A stretch of 64,000 bases of DNA from Pseudomonadota bacterium (GTDB lineage: Bacteria > Pseudomonadota > Gammaproteobacteria > Xanthomonadales > Xanthomonadaceae): positions 3,813-67,812 of the forward strand of contig JAFEEL010000023.1 in assembly GCA_018241125.1 (NCBI GenBank), written 5' to 3'. Below, piece after piece: positions 1 through 10,000 of the stretch. The position numbers were made by a program, and so were the translations under genes. The stretch's first letter is position 1, and the number at the start of each line of letters is the position of its first letter. A model generated the notes under the pieces. The model saw nothing but the letters and a program-made list of their open reading frames with translations, was not told the DNA's origin and ran no database searches.

Positions 1-2
1 AC

Positions 3-143
3 CGCATCGCCGTGCTGGCCGACAAGCAGGTGCTGATCAACGCGCCGATCCGCGCGGTGGAAAAGTTCGACCACCCCTGGGTACAACAGTATTTTCATGG
101 GCCGCGGGGGCGCGCCGCGCAGCAGGCCAGTGGGGAGAAATGA
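3..143 (+). CDS. C-terminal fragment of an ABC-transporter ATPase (MlaF-like); 5' part lies outside the window
   Basis: Frame 3 reads RIAVLADKQVLINAPIRAVEKFDHPWVQQYFHGPRGRAAQQ... and ends at TGA 141-143. Tail motif and position directly upstream of an MCE/MlaD gene fit MlaF-type ATPases. Confidence 0.6.
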   Translation, partial: RIAVLADKQVLINAPIRAVEKFDHPWVQQYFHGPRGRAAQQASGEK

Positions 144-206
144 CATGAATGCAACCGCCACGATGGCGGCCGCGCGGCGGATCCGCCCGGCGAAGGAGTC
201 CTGACC

Positions 207-1232
207 GTGGAAACCAAGGCCAATCACGTCCTCATCGGCGCCTTCACGCTGGCGCTGATCGCGGCGATCCTGCTGTTCATCCTGTGGGCGTCCAAGTACG
301 CCTCGCAGGGCTCGTTCAAGCTCTACGACATCGAGTTCAACGAAAACGAATCGGTCACCGGCCTGTCGGTCGGCGGCGACGTGCAGTACAACGGCATCCA
401 CGTCGGCAACGTGCGCGACATGCGCCTGGATCCACACGACCCGCGGCGGGTGATCGCGCGCGTGCAGGTCAAGGCCGACACCCCGATCAAGACCGACACC
501 AAGGTGCAGCTCGCATTGCAGAGCTTCGCCACCGGCGTGGCGTTCGTGCAGTTCTCCGGCGGCTCGCCCAATGAGCCGTTGTTGACCCTGGACAACTTCG
601 CGGGCATCAAACGCGATGCCGACGAAGCCCGGGCGTGTAGCCCGGACTTGCTGCAGCAGGGCAAGAGCGAGCAAATTCCGCGGCTGTGCGCAACGGAAAC
701 GCCGCTGACCAAGCTGCTCAACTCATCGGAGTCCATCGCCACCAAACTGACCAACGTGCTCAACCACGTCGACCAGTTGCTCAGCGTCAAAAACGTGGAC
801 AACGTCGGCAAGATCGTGGCCAACGTGGAGTCGGTCACGGCCACGCTGGCCGCGCAGAAGGACGAAATCGCCGCCACGCTCAAATCCGCGCGACAGTCGG
901 TCGACCACCTCAACCGCACGCTGGCCTCGGCGGAAACCACGATGGGCACGGTCAATACGCAGGTCACGAGCAAGCTGCCGGGCATCGTCGACCACCTCAA
1001 CCAGACCATGATCCATCTGGATTCGTTGACCAAGAACGCCGACGACTACATGCGAGCCAACCGCGGCGCGCTCGACAGCTTCACCAATCAGGGCCTGGCG
1101 CAACTCGGCCCGACGCTGGCGCAGATGCGGCAAGTACTACGCCAGGTCGACCGGCTGACCGAGAAGGTGCAACAAAACCCGGCCGGCTTCCTGCTCGGCC
1201 GCGACAAACCCGTGGAGTTCAAGCCCAAATGA
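207..1232 (+). CDS. MCE/MlaD-family substrate-binding component of an Mla-like ABC transporter
   Basis: 341-aa ORF (GTG start). N-terminal TM helix VLIGAFTLALIAAILLFILW, MCE-type core (VTGLSVGGDVQYNGIHVGNVRDM...IKTDTKVQL), long helical C-terminal part. Stop overlaps the next start (ATGA). Confidence 0.8.
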   Translation: METKANHVLIGAFTLALIAAILLFILWASKYASQGSFKLYDIEFNENESVTGLSVGGDVQYNGIHVGNVRDMRLDPHDPRRVIARVQVKADTPIKTDTKVQLALQSFATGVAFVQFSGGSPNEPLLTLDNFAGIKRDADEARACSPDLLQQGKSEQIPRLCATETPLTKLLNSSESIATKLTNVLNHVDQLLSVKNVDNVGKIVANVESVTATLAAQKDEIAATLKSARQSVDHLNRTLASAETTMGTVNTQVTSKLPGIVDHLNQTMIHLDSLTKNADDYMRANRGALDSFTNQGLAQLGPTLAQMRQVLRQVDRLTEKVQQNPAGFLLGRDKPVEFKPK

Positions 1233-1888
1233 GCGCGCACCGTTCCGCCACCCTCACCCTCGGCGCGCTCATCTGCGCGGTGGGCTTGTCCGCCTGCGGC
1301 TCGATCCTGCCCAAGGCCAACCCGCTGGAGATCCTGCAACCGCAGGTGTCGGTCGCGCCTGACGCGGCGTGGCCGCAAGCCGACTGGCAACTGGCGGTGT
1401 CGCGCCCGGCGACCAACGACATGCTCGACTCGCCGCGCCTGGCCGTCAGTCCGACGCCCGGTCGCATCGAGGTGTATCAGGGCGTGGCTTGGGACGACAC
1501 CGTCCCGGGGGTGGTGCAGCAGGCGACGCTGGCGGCGTTCGAGGACTCCGGCAAACTACGCGCGGTCGGCCACCAGAGCAGCGGTACGCGCGCCGACTTC
1601 ATCTTGCAACTGGACTTGCGCGACTATCAGGCGGTGTACCGCACACCGGCCGGCCCACCGGAGATCGTGCTGACCATCAGCGCGCGACTGATCGATTTCA
1701 GCCGCTCGCGGGTGGTCGCCAGCCGCGTGTTCCGGCAGACCGTGCCGGCGACCGCCGCCGACGTGCACGCCGTGGCGCACGCCTTCGACGGCGCGCTGGC
1801 CTCGGTGTTGCATGATCTGGTCGGCTGGACGCTGGACGCCGGCAATCAGGCGCGTGCGGCCGACAAGGCGGTCGACCGCAAGCGCTGA
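1229..1888 (+). CDS. ABC-type transport auxiliary lipoprotein (DUF330/YmbA-like)
   Basis: 219 aa. Signal peptide plus lipobox (LICAVGLSAC-G). Translationally coupled to the MCE gene; a usual partner in MCE operons. Confidence 0.7.
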   Translation: MSAHRSATLTLGALICAVGLSACGSILPKANPLEILQPQVSVAPDAAWPQADWQLAVSRPATNDMLDSPRLAVSPTPGRIEVYQGVAWDDTVPGVVQQATLAAFEDSGKLRAVGHQSSGTRADFILQLDLRDYQAVYRTPAGPPEIVLTISARLIDFSRSRVVASRVFRQTVPATAADVHAVAHAFDGALASVLHDLVGWTLDAGNQARAADKAVDRKR

Positions 1889-1923
1889 GCGGGCAGTGCC
1901 GGGAGGCAAGCTATTCCGCTTCT

Positions 1924-2029
1924 CCGAGTCCCGAGTCCCGAGTCCCCAGTCCCGAGTCCCGAGTCCCGAGTCCCGAGTCCCGAGTCCCGAGTCCCGAGTC
2001 CCGAGCCCCGAGTCCCGAGTCCCGAGTCC
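1924..2029. repeat. Heptanucleotide tandem array, about 15 x CCGAGTC (GGGACTC on the minus strand)
   Basis: Read directly: one register with two point variants. Fills the spacer between convergent stop codons at 1888 and 2040. Confidence 0.95.
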
Positions 2030-2039
2030 TGCGCACGAC

Positions 2040-3401
2040 TCACTCCGGCGGGCAATCCACCAGCGCCTGCAACACCTCGCCCAGCTCCAGCAGGCGCAAA
2101 TCGCTGCGCGGTGCTCCGACCAGTTGCAGGCCGACGCCGTCGCCCAGCGGCAGGCTCAACGCCGGGCAACCGGCCAGACTCGCCAGCGCGGTGAAATCGG
2201 CCAGGTTCGGGGGTTCTTCGCTGCCCAATGGCGGTGGTGCGACCGGCACGGTCGGCAGCAACAGCACGTCGAAGCGTTCGAACAATGCGCAGACGCGAGC
2301 CACATGCAGATCGAGCAGGCGGTCGGCGTGCGCGTAATCGACCGCCGATTTACGCTTCGCGTAGTCGAGCATCGCGCGCAGGCGCGGCGACCCGCGCACC
2401 AGAGTTTCGGCGTGCGCGGCCAGCAGTTCGGCTTCCATCAGCAGCAAGGCAGCACGGCGGGTGCGCGCGACCTCCAGCGTCGCCAGATCCAGCGCCAGCG
2501 GCTGCACGTCGCCAAATACCGGCGCGCAGCGCGCCATCGCCGCGGCAAAGGCGGCGCGCACGCTCGCGTCGGTACCCAGCGCGGCCAGATCGCCGACCAC
2601 TCCGGCGCGCACCTGACCGGCGCTCCAATCGGGTGCGGCAAACGGCAGACAGGCCTGCCGACCGCCGCCGTGCGCATCCAGACCCACCAGTTGCCCGAGC
2701 ACCAGGCTCGCGTCCTCCACCCCGCGCGCGATCACACCCACCACGTCGGCCCGCCGCAGCGCCGGGGCGACGCCGGCGACCGGCAGGTGGCCGAAGGTCG
2801 GCTTCAATCCGACCAGCCCGCAGAATGCCGCCGGGATGCGCACCGAGCCCATGGTGTCGGTGCCCAGTGCGACGATCGCGTGGCCGGCCGCCACCGCCGC
2901 CGCCGAACCGGCCGACGAACCGCCGGCAGCGCGCCCGGGTAGCGCCGGGTTGCCAACATCGCCGAAGTGCGGATTGCCGCCGAGGGTGCCCAGTGCGGCT
3001 TCGTCCAGATTGGTCTTGCCCAGCAGCACCGCGCCGGCCCCGCGCAGGCGATCGACCACCGCGGCATCGCGCGGCGCCAGCGCGACCTCGCGCGCGGGCA
3101 GGCCCAGACTGGTCGGCATCCCGGCGACATCGATGTTGTCCTTGATCGCCACCGGCACGCCATCCAGCCGCCCCAGCGGCTTGCCCGCAGCGCGGCGCGC
3201 ATCGGATGCGGCCGCCGCGGCCAGCGCACCTTCGGCATCCACCCACGTCCACGCATTCAGGGCGTGATCGCGCTCGATCGCCGCCAGGCAGTCGCGCGTC
3301 AACGCCACTGAGCTGCATCGGCCCAGAGCGAGCGCATGCAAGACCTGCATCAGGCCGGCGTGGCGCAACGATGAGCTGCCGGGTTCGGCGGTGTCGGCCA
3401 T
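2040..3401 (-). CDS. Amidase-signature family amidase
   Basis: ORF 2040-3440. Motifs KDNIDVAGMPT, GKTNLDE and GGSSAGSAAAVAAG..ALGTDTMGSVRIPAAFCG. Start uncertain (ATG 3440, 3401 or 3350; 3401 chosen). Confidence 0.8.
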   Translation of the reverse strand: MADTAEPGSSSLRHAGLMQVLHALALGRCSSVALTRDCLAAIERDHALNAWTWVDAEGALAAAAASDARRAAGKPLGRLDGVPVAIKDNIDVAGMPTSLGLPAREVALAPRDAAVVDRLRGAGAVLLGKTNLDEAALGTLGGNPHFGDVGNPALPGRAAGGSSAGSAAAVAAGHAIVALGTDTMGSVRIPAAFCGLVGLKPTFGHLPVAGVAPALRRADVVGVIARGVEDASLVLGQLVGLDAHGGGRQACLPFAAPDWSAGQVRAGVVGDLAALGTDASVRAAFAAAMARCAPVFGDVQPLALDLATLEVARTRRAALLLMEAELLAAHAETLVRGSPRLRAMLDYAKRKSAVDYAHADRLLDLHVARVCALFERFDVLLLPTVPVAPPPLGSEEPPNLADFTALASLAGCPALSLPLGDGVGLQLVGAPRSDLRLLELGEVLQALVDCPPE

Positions 3402-3485
3402 GCCTGCTGCCCTCGGGAGCGTTTGCGGTCGTGTGGGCATGATCGCAGAAATGGTCTGATGAAGCAGGGGGACTGCCAGCGTACC

Positions 3486-3596
3486 CTGTCATCCCGAGCG
3501 GTACGGCTTGGCTTCCCGAGCGCAGCGAGGGATCTGCTCGATCGACCGGATGCCGCTGCATGCAAAAGCAGATCCCTTGCTGCGCTCGGGATGACA
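3486..3596. repeat. Long palindromic REP-like element (arms TTCCCGAGCGCAGCGAGGGATCTGC / GCAGATCCCTTGCTGCGCTCGGGATGACA)
   Basis: About 25-bp arms (3513-3537 and 3568-3596) around a ~30-nt loop, plus an extra partial left arm tgtcatcccgagcg at 3487. Second family member at 62437-62521. Confidence 0.85.
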
Positions 3597-3664
3597 AATC
3601 TGCATTGCCGCATTGGCCCGATCTCCCGCTGAGTGCCCACCGTTCACTGCCCGCGAGGCGTTCT

Positions 3665-3706
3665 CCCCCCATCCCAACCTTCCCCCGGAAGCGGGGGAAG
3701 GAGAAG
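3665..3706. repeat. REP-type GC hairpin CCCCCATCCCAACCTTCCCCCG-GAA-GCGGGGGAAGG
   Basis: Perfect 10-bp stem 3678-3687/3691-3701. Near-identical copy at 18850-18885. Confidence 0.85.
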
Positions 3707-3716
3707 AGCGAGGCGC

Positions 3717-3905
3717 TCGTCTCCCCGCTCCCTGCCCCCTGCTCCCCGCCTCCCGTCTCCCGTCTCTCGTCTCCCCGCTCCCCTACCCCCGCTCCCCGCT
3801 CCCCGCTCACTGCTCCCCGCCTCCCGTCTCCCGTCTCCCCGCTCCCTGCTCCCCGCCTCCCGTCTCCCATCTCTCGTCTCCCCGCTCCCTGAGCCCCTGC
3901 TCCAT
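3717..3905. repeat. Heptanucleotide array, about 27 units (CTCCCCG / CTCCCGT / CTCCCTG / CTCTCGT)
   Basis: Read directly. C-rich on the plus strand, G3N4-type on the minus strand. Contains a higher-order block GCTCCCCGCCTCCCGTCTCCCGTCTC three times. Lies in the divergent amidase/ETF-QO spacer. Confidence 0.95.
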
Positions 3906-3950
3906 CCCACGCCCCTATAATCTTCCGCCAGTGACCGGAGACATTCGACG

Positions 3951-5555
3951 ATGAGCGACGCCGACGCCCGCGAGGTGATGGAGTTCGACGTGGTGGTGGT
4001 CGGCGCGGGGCCGGCGGGGCTGGCGTTCGCCATTCGCCTCAAGCAGCTCAAGCCGGAAGTATCGGTGTGCGTGATCGAGAAGGCCGCTGCGGTGGGCGCG
4101 CAGATTCTTTCCGGTGCGGTGATCGAGCCCGGCCCACTCGACGCCCTGCTGCCCGGCTGGCACGACGCGCCGCCGCCGATTTGCGTGCCGGCCACGCGCG
4201 ACGAGTTCTGGATGTTGTCCAAGGCCGGGCGGACGAAACTGCCCACGCCACCGCAGATGCACAACGCCGGCAACTTCATCGTCAGCTTGGGCGCGATGTG
4301 CGCTTGGCTGGCGCCGCAGGCCGAGGCGCTGGGGGTGGAGGTGTACGCCGGCTTCGCCGCCGCCGATACCCTGATCGAAAACGGCACCGTGGTCGGCGTG
4401 CGCATCGGCGACATGGGCGTGGCCAAGGACGGTTCGCACAAACCCGGCTACACCCAGGGCGTGGACATCCGCGCCAAGCTCACGGTGCTGGCCGAGGGCG
4501 CGCGCGGCAGCCTGACCAAGCAGCTCATCAAGCAATTCAAGCTCGATGCCGACCGTCAGCCGCAAAGTTATTCCATCGGCATCAAGGAGCTGTGGCAGGT
4601 CAAACCCGGCGTCGCGCAGCCGGGCACCATCGTGCACACGCTGGGCTGGCCGCTGGACAACGCCACCTATGGCGGCAGCTTCATGTATCACCTGGACGGC
4701 GACCGCATCGCGCTGGGTTTCGTGTGCGGGCTGGATTACCACGATCCGCTGTTCGAACCCTACGAAGCCTTCCAGCAATGGAAGCACCACCCGAGCGTCA
4801 AGCCAGTGCTGGAAAACGGCACGATCCTGTCGGCCGGCGCGCGCGCCATCGTCACCGGTGGCTATCAGGCGCTGCCGAAAGTGGAGATGCCCGGCGCGCT
4901 GCTGATCGGCGACACCGCCGGCTTGCTCAACGTGCCCAAGATCAAGGGCGTGCATCAGGCGATCCGCTCGGGGATGCTGGCCGCCGAGCACGCCGGGTCG
5001 GCGCTGGATGCGGCCGGTTTCGACGCCAAGCTGCGCGCCTCGCCGGCGATGGCCGAGCTGAAGAAAGTGCGCAACATCAAGGGCGGCTTCAAGCGCGGCA
5101 AGTGGTTCGGACTGCTCAACGCCGGCTGGGAAACCGTGACCGCCGGGCACAGCCCATGGACGCTCAAGGGCAAGCCCGACTGGGCCACGCTCGACCGCGT
5201 CGGCGCGCACGAGCGCCCGCGCCGCGATTACGTGCAGCGCACGCTGCCGCCGCGCGACCGCCTGGCCGGGGTGTATTTCGCCGCCACATCGCACGACGAA
5301 GACCAGCCCGTGCACCTGCACGTGGCCGACACCAACCTGTGCATCGACCGCTGCGCGAAGGAGTACGCCAACCCGTGCACGCGCTTCTGTCCGGCGGCGG
5401 TGTACGAAATGGTGGAAGACGCCGGCGGCCGCCGTTTGCAGATCAACGCCGCCAACTGCGTGCACTGCAAGACCTGCGACATCAAGGACCCTTACGAAAA
5501 CATCAACTGGGTCACGCCCGAGGGCGGCAGCGGGCCGAACTACCAGAACCTTTAG
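3951..5555 (+). CDS. Electron-transfer flavoprotein:ubiquinone oxidoreductase (ETF-QO)
   Basis: 534 aa. FAD fold FDVVVVGAGPAGLAFAIRL. C-terminal 4Fe-4S-type Cys cluster (CTRFCPAAVYE...NCVHCKTCDIKDP) and WVTPEGGSGPNY tail. SD GGAGA upstream. Confidence 0.9.
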   Translation: MSDADAREVMEFDVVVVGAGPAGLAFAIRLKQLKPEVSVCVIEKAAAVGAQILSGAVIEPGPLDALLPGWHDAPPPICVPATRDEFWMLSKAGRTKLPTPPQMHNAGNFIVSLGAMCAWLAPQAEALGVEVYAGFAAADTLIENGTVVGVRIGDMGVAKDGSHKPGYTQGVDIRAKLTVLAEGARGSLTKQLIKQFKLDADRQPQSYSIGIKELWQVKPGVAQPGTIVHTLGWPLDNATYGGSFMYHLDGDRIALGFVCGLDYHDPLFEPYEAFQQWKHHPSVKPVLENGTILSAGARAIVTGGYQALPKVEMPGALLIGDTAGLLNVPKIKGVHQAIRSGMLAAEHAGSALDAAGFDAKLRASPAMAELKKVRNIKGGFKRGKWFGLLNAGWETVTAGHSPWTLKGKPDWATLDRVGAHERPRRDYVQRTLPPRDRLAGVYFAATSHDEDQPVHLHVADTNLCIDRCAKEYANPCTRFCPAAVYEMVEDAGGRRLQINAANCVHCKTCDIKDPYENINWVTPEGGSGPNYQNL

Positions 5556-5669
5556 CAGGCTGTTGAAAAACAGCTTGCTGATGCGATCCGTGGACGGATC
5601 GCTCGCGGATCAAGTGCGCAAGTACTTTATCCGTCGGAGCCGGGTGCGGGCATGTAGCGGACTGGGCGC

Positions 5670-5722
5670 GTTGAAAAAAGCAGAGCCTGCCCCGCGCAGG
5701 CGGGGGCAAGCCCTGTTTCAAC
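5670..5722. terminator. Imperfect ~53-nt GC hairpin between convergent genes (possible bidirectional terminator / REP)
   Basis: GTTGAAA...GCCTGCCCCGC-GCAG-GCGGGGGCAAGC...TTTCAAC. Outer 7-bp stem and inner ~10-bp stem read by eye. No clear U-tract. Confidence 0.35.
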
Positions 5723-5728
5723 AACCGG

Positions 5729-6904
5729 TCAGGACGGCTGGGTTTCGAAGGTGATCAACTCGCGGATCTCGGGCGTGCGCAGCCCCACCATCATCGGGTT
5801 GCGGACGTTGGGCAGGAAGCAGATGTCGAACAACTCGGTGATGTCGCCGTCGAAACGGATCCATTGCTCGACGTCGCCGCTGGCCAGCGAGATCAGTTGC
5901 ACGCCGCACCACGGATCGACGTCGCGGCGGCGCAACTCGGCGTCCAGCTGCAGGCCTTCGAAACGCTGATTGCGCGGCTTGGACAAGCCCACCGCGGCGG
6001 TGTTGCCGAAGATCGACAAGCCGCGCGGGAACCCGGGAAGGAACGCCAGCGGCACGAACGTCTTCGTCTTGAAGTCGACCCAGCCCAGTTGGCCGCTGCC
6101 GGCATCGAGCAGCCACAGCTTGCCATTGGCCCAGCGCGGCGAGTGCGGCATCGACAAGCCTTCGCAGACGACCTCGTTGCTGTCGATGTCGATCACCACG
6201 CCGCCGTCGGCGCGGCGATCGCGCCAGCCGTCCACCGCGTCGGATCGGGACACGGCAGTGACGTACTTGGGCTCGCCGTCGACCATCGCCAGCCCGTTGA
6301 GATGACAGCGATCCTCCGGCGCCAGCTTGCTGATGAAGTCCGGCTTCCAGATCGGCTTGAAGCTGTGGGTGAGGCTCAGTTCGGCCAGGCACGAATATTT
6401 CGTGTTGATGAACACCACCCGGCCATCCTTGCGGATGCCCAGTTCGTGGATGTCCAGATCGCCGATCGTCTGCGCGTTGCGCGGGACGTAGCACTTGTCG
6501 AACTGACCGTGGATGACCTCGTTGGCGCGCAGCACGTTCTCGAAACGCCACAACTGGTACAGGCTGCCCAGATAGATCCGCTGCGCGTTGCCGACGATGC
6601 CCATCGCGCGCTCGAAGATGCGCTCGAAAAACGACACCCTGCCAGCCGCATCGCTGCCCACCAGATACACGCGCCCGCTCTGGTAGGACGAGATCGCCAG
6701 CGACACGCCCCGACCGGCGAGCCATCCGGCCAACCCGCGCGAACAACTTTTTTCGACTTTGAGGTCCAGCAAACTCGCCGGCGCTTTCGCGGCGGTCGTT
6801 GCGGGCGCCGCCATCGCTGCCGGCCCACCGGCATCGACCGCGGCCAATCCCGCCGCGTTGCCGTCGTGGCGTGCCGGATCGGGTGTGCCTTCGTTGCCAG
6901 TCAT
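5729..6904 (-). CDS. TIGR03032/DUF4915-family protein of unknown function
   Basis: ORF 5729-7039. Start set at ATG 6904, preceded by GGAGGAACAC. Family-typical motifs YVPR..IGDLDIHE, FINTKYSCL, EDRCHLNGLA, GLSMPHSPRW, FPRGLS (family assignment from memory of the alignment, not searched). Confidence 0.75.
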   Translation of the reverse strand: MTGNEGTPDPARHDGNAAGLAAVDAGGPAAMAAPATTAAKAPASLLDLKVEKSCSRGLAGWLAGRGVSLAISSYQSGRVYLVGSDAAGRVSFFERIFERAMGIVGNAQRIYLGSLYQLWRFENVLRANEVIHGQFDKCYVPRNAQTIGDLDIHELGIRKDGRVVFINTKYSCLAELSLTHSFKPIWKPDFISKLAPEDRCHLNGLAMVDGEPKYVTAVSRSDAVDGWRDRRADGGVVIDIDSNEVVCEGLSMPHSPRWANGKLWLLDAGSGQLGWVDFKTKTFVPLAFLPGFPRGLSIFGNTAAVGLSKPRNQRFEGLQLDAELRRRDVDPWCGVQLISLASGDVEQWIRFDGDITELFDICFLPNVRNPMMVGLRTPEIRELITFETQPS

Positions 6905-7051
6905 GTGTTCCTCCGCGCTCGAGCCATCGTCAGGCATGTGCATCTTGATCCCATTGCGCCCGGCCTGCCCAGTCACCCGGGACGGCGCAAACGAACAGCC
7001 CCGGCGGTTGGGCGCCGCCGGGGCCGTCCTTTCCACCACATCCGCGCGCCA

Positions 7052-10000
7052 TCACCAGCTGTAGCGAACCCCGAGCTGCCCACCGAACAAGCTGCTCAGC
7101 GCGCCGCCGTTTTGCCAGTTCACGCCGCCGAACACCGACAGCTTGCCGCTGTGCATCGCCACCCCGCCCTCGACCAGCGCGCTCGTACCGCGCGTGCTGG
7201 TCGAGCCGGTGAAGGTGTTGTCGATGGTGAACCCATTGCGACCGTCGAACTCGCGCACCGCACTCACCGCGGCATACGGCGTCCAGATCGTGCTGCCCGA
7301 CGTGAAGTCCCGGCTGATCGCCAAACCGGCGCGACCGCGTGAGGACACGCCGCCATCGGGTTTGAAGCCGGCCAGCGCACCGCTGATGCTGTCGACGCGA
7401 TGCACCGAAGTGCGGGTGTATTGGAGTTGCGGCGCCAGCTTGAAGCTGTCGCCGAGCATCCACGACCAACCCAGCTCGCCGTTGAAGGCATCGGCTCTGC
7501 CGTTGGTACGCGATTCACCCGCCGCCGAATCGAGCCGGGCGTCGAAACGCATCTGCCGATACGACGCATCCAGATAGAAGCCGTTGCCACCGACCCAGGT
7601 CGCATACACGCCGCGGGTGTCGCCGGAGATCTTGTTGCTGCCGAAAACGCCCACCGCGTCCAGATGCTGGCTGGCCTGCGCCTTGCCGAGCAACAGGCCG
7701 GCGCTGAAGCCATCGGCGATCGCGAAATCCACACCCAGTTCCTGGCCCGAGTCGTCCTGATCGAAAGCGACGTTGCCGCCCTGCCCGAAATTGTCCGCCA
7801 CGTGCGAGGGGTTGACCGTACCACTATTGGAAAACGCGCGCGCCCAAGCGCCGACGCTGCCGCGCGGGGTCGGATCGAGCACGCCCATGCGCTGACGCCA
7901 GGTACCGATTTGGCTGTTCATCAGCCGCTGCACGCCCGGCGCGAAGGCGGCCGCGAGCGATCCGGCATCGGTGAGCCCGGTGACCGCCACGCCCAGCGAG
8001 AAAACGTCGGGGTGGGTATTGCTGGTATCGATGACGCTACCCAGACTGACTGCCTGCACGACGAGAAAACTCTTGTTGTTGTCGAACTGGACATCGCCCA
8101 GGACGAACGATCCGGCCGTGGCATCGCCGGTCACCTGCACGACCGGCACCGAACTCCATGCAGTGGTCGGCAAGGCCAGCAGGTTGACGTCGACCTTGGT
8201 GACGCTGCCGGCGGCGACGTTGCCGACGACCGTCAGGGTGTCGCTGACGCCATGCCGGGCATCCACGTCGACGCCGATCCGGCCGTTGCCGGCCCAGTCG
8301 CCCAACACCGTGAGGCTGTCGGTTGGCGTGCCATTGCGGAAGTCGACACTGCCGGTGTTGGTGAACGGGTTGGGATTGCCGGCACCCATGTCGATCACGC
8401 TGGCACCGGACACCCGGATCGTGCCGCCGTTGCTGAAGACGTTGCCCAGCTGGCCGAAACTTCCCATCGACACCCAGGCGCCCGGCAGGAAGATCGTGCC
8501 GGCGTTGTCGATGGTGTCATCGCCGGCGCCGAAATCCGTCGCCGTGCCGATGACGTTCCAGACACCGCCGGCCTGATTGCTGAAGCGGTCGTTGCCGCCG
8601 CCGGTGACGATCGCTCCGCTGATCGTGCCGGCATTGACGACCGTGGCCGTGGCCCCGGCGGACGATGCAATGGCGATCCGCGTACCGTCGCCGAACGCGC
8701 CGATGCTGCCGGAGTTGTGCAGCACGTTGTCGCCGTTCGAAATCATCGACACCGCGGTGGCCGTAGCCCCGGCACCGTAGGCAGCGGCGGCGATCGTGCC
8801 GCTGTTGTCGATGCCGATGCCGTCGTTCTTCCAGCCGGTGGCTTCGATGCCGATGGCGGTGGCGGTGGTGGTGCCGGTGGCCTTGGCCCAGATGTGCCCC
8901 GCGTTGTCGACGGTTGCCGCCATGTACGAGGTAGCGGCATTGCCGAACGCGCCGGCGACGAACACGCCGCTGGCGCTGGCCACGGCCCCGTTCGCGGTGG
9001 CGCCGATGTTGCCGCTGTTGTGCAATGTCGCGTCGCCGTACAGGCTGTTGGTCAGCGCGCCGACCGCGCGCGCGGTGTCGGCATCGACGCTGGCACCGAT
9101 CTGGCCGCTGTTGGTGATCGCCGAGTCGAATGCACCCAGTACCGTGACGCCATAGGCATCGCCTGCCCCGGCGTGCGCGGTCGCGATGGCTGTGATCTGG
9201 CCGGAGTTTTCCAGTGCTGCCGCTCCGCCGTTGGGGGTCAAGGTGCCCGGGTAGTGGCAGGTACCGCTGCTGCAATCGACGTAGTACAGCTGGCGCAGCC
9301 CACGCAGGTAACTTCCCACCGCGAAGGCCTCGCCGTGGTCGGCCGCTGCCGTGGCCACGATGGTTCCGTTGTTGGCAGTGGATGCCACCACCACCGCGGT
9401 CGGATTGTTGGTGATGTCGCGCACGTAAGTGCCGAACGCGGTGGCATGGCCATAGTCGGCGGTGGCACCGGCGGCAATGTCGCCGAAGTTGACCACCGAA
9501 CCGGATGCAACCGTGGAGTAGGCGCCGATGGTGGCGCCCCACGCCTTGGCCAGGCTGGGGCCGGCGTTGGCGCCCCCGTCGGGGTTGGCGACCGCCTGCG
9601 CGACGATGCTGCCGGCGTTGTCGATGACCGCGCGCGTCGAACCGTAGACCTTGGCGCCCATGGCGATGGCACGCCCGCCGTAGCTGTCGCTGAGCAGGCT
9701 GCCGGTGCTGGCCGAGGCGACGATGTGGCCGCCGGCATCGTTGCTGACATGGGTGTAGTACTTGCCGCGGGCGCTCACGCCGTAGGCCGCGGCGATGCCC
9801 ACATCGGTGCTGGCGATGGCGGAGATCGCGCCCGAGTTCTCGACCACCCCGTTGTACTTGGCGTAGGCGTGGACGCCGGTGGCGCCCGCCCCGGCCAGGT
9901 TGAAGTTGACGCCGTGATCGGTCACCGCGTGTGCCGATACATCTCCGTGATTGACCACGGAGATGTTGCCCTTGTAGTTCGCTTCGGCGTCGACGCCGGT

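Noticed and set aside
1812-3954. ORFs translating heptad arrays into periodic peptides (e.g. SRVPSPESRVPSPE at 1812-2942; PLPAPRSPL-type at 3560-3954)
   Set aside because: The periodic peptides simply reflect 7-bp repeats read in three frames (a 21-nt super-period). There is no SD or start context, and they overlap well-supported genes or lie in spacers.
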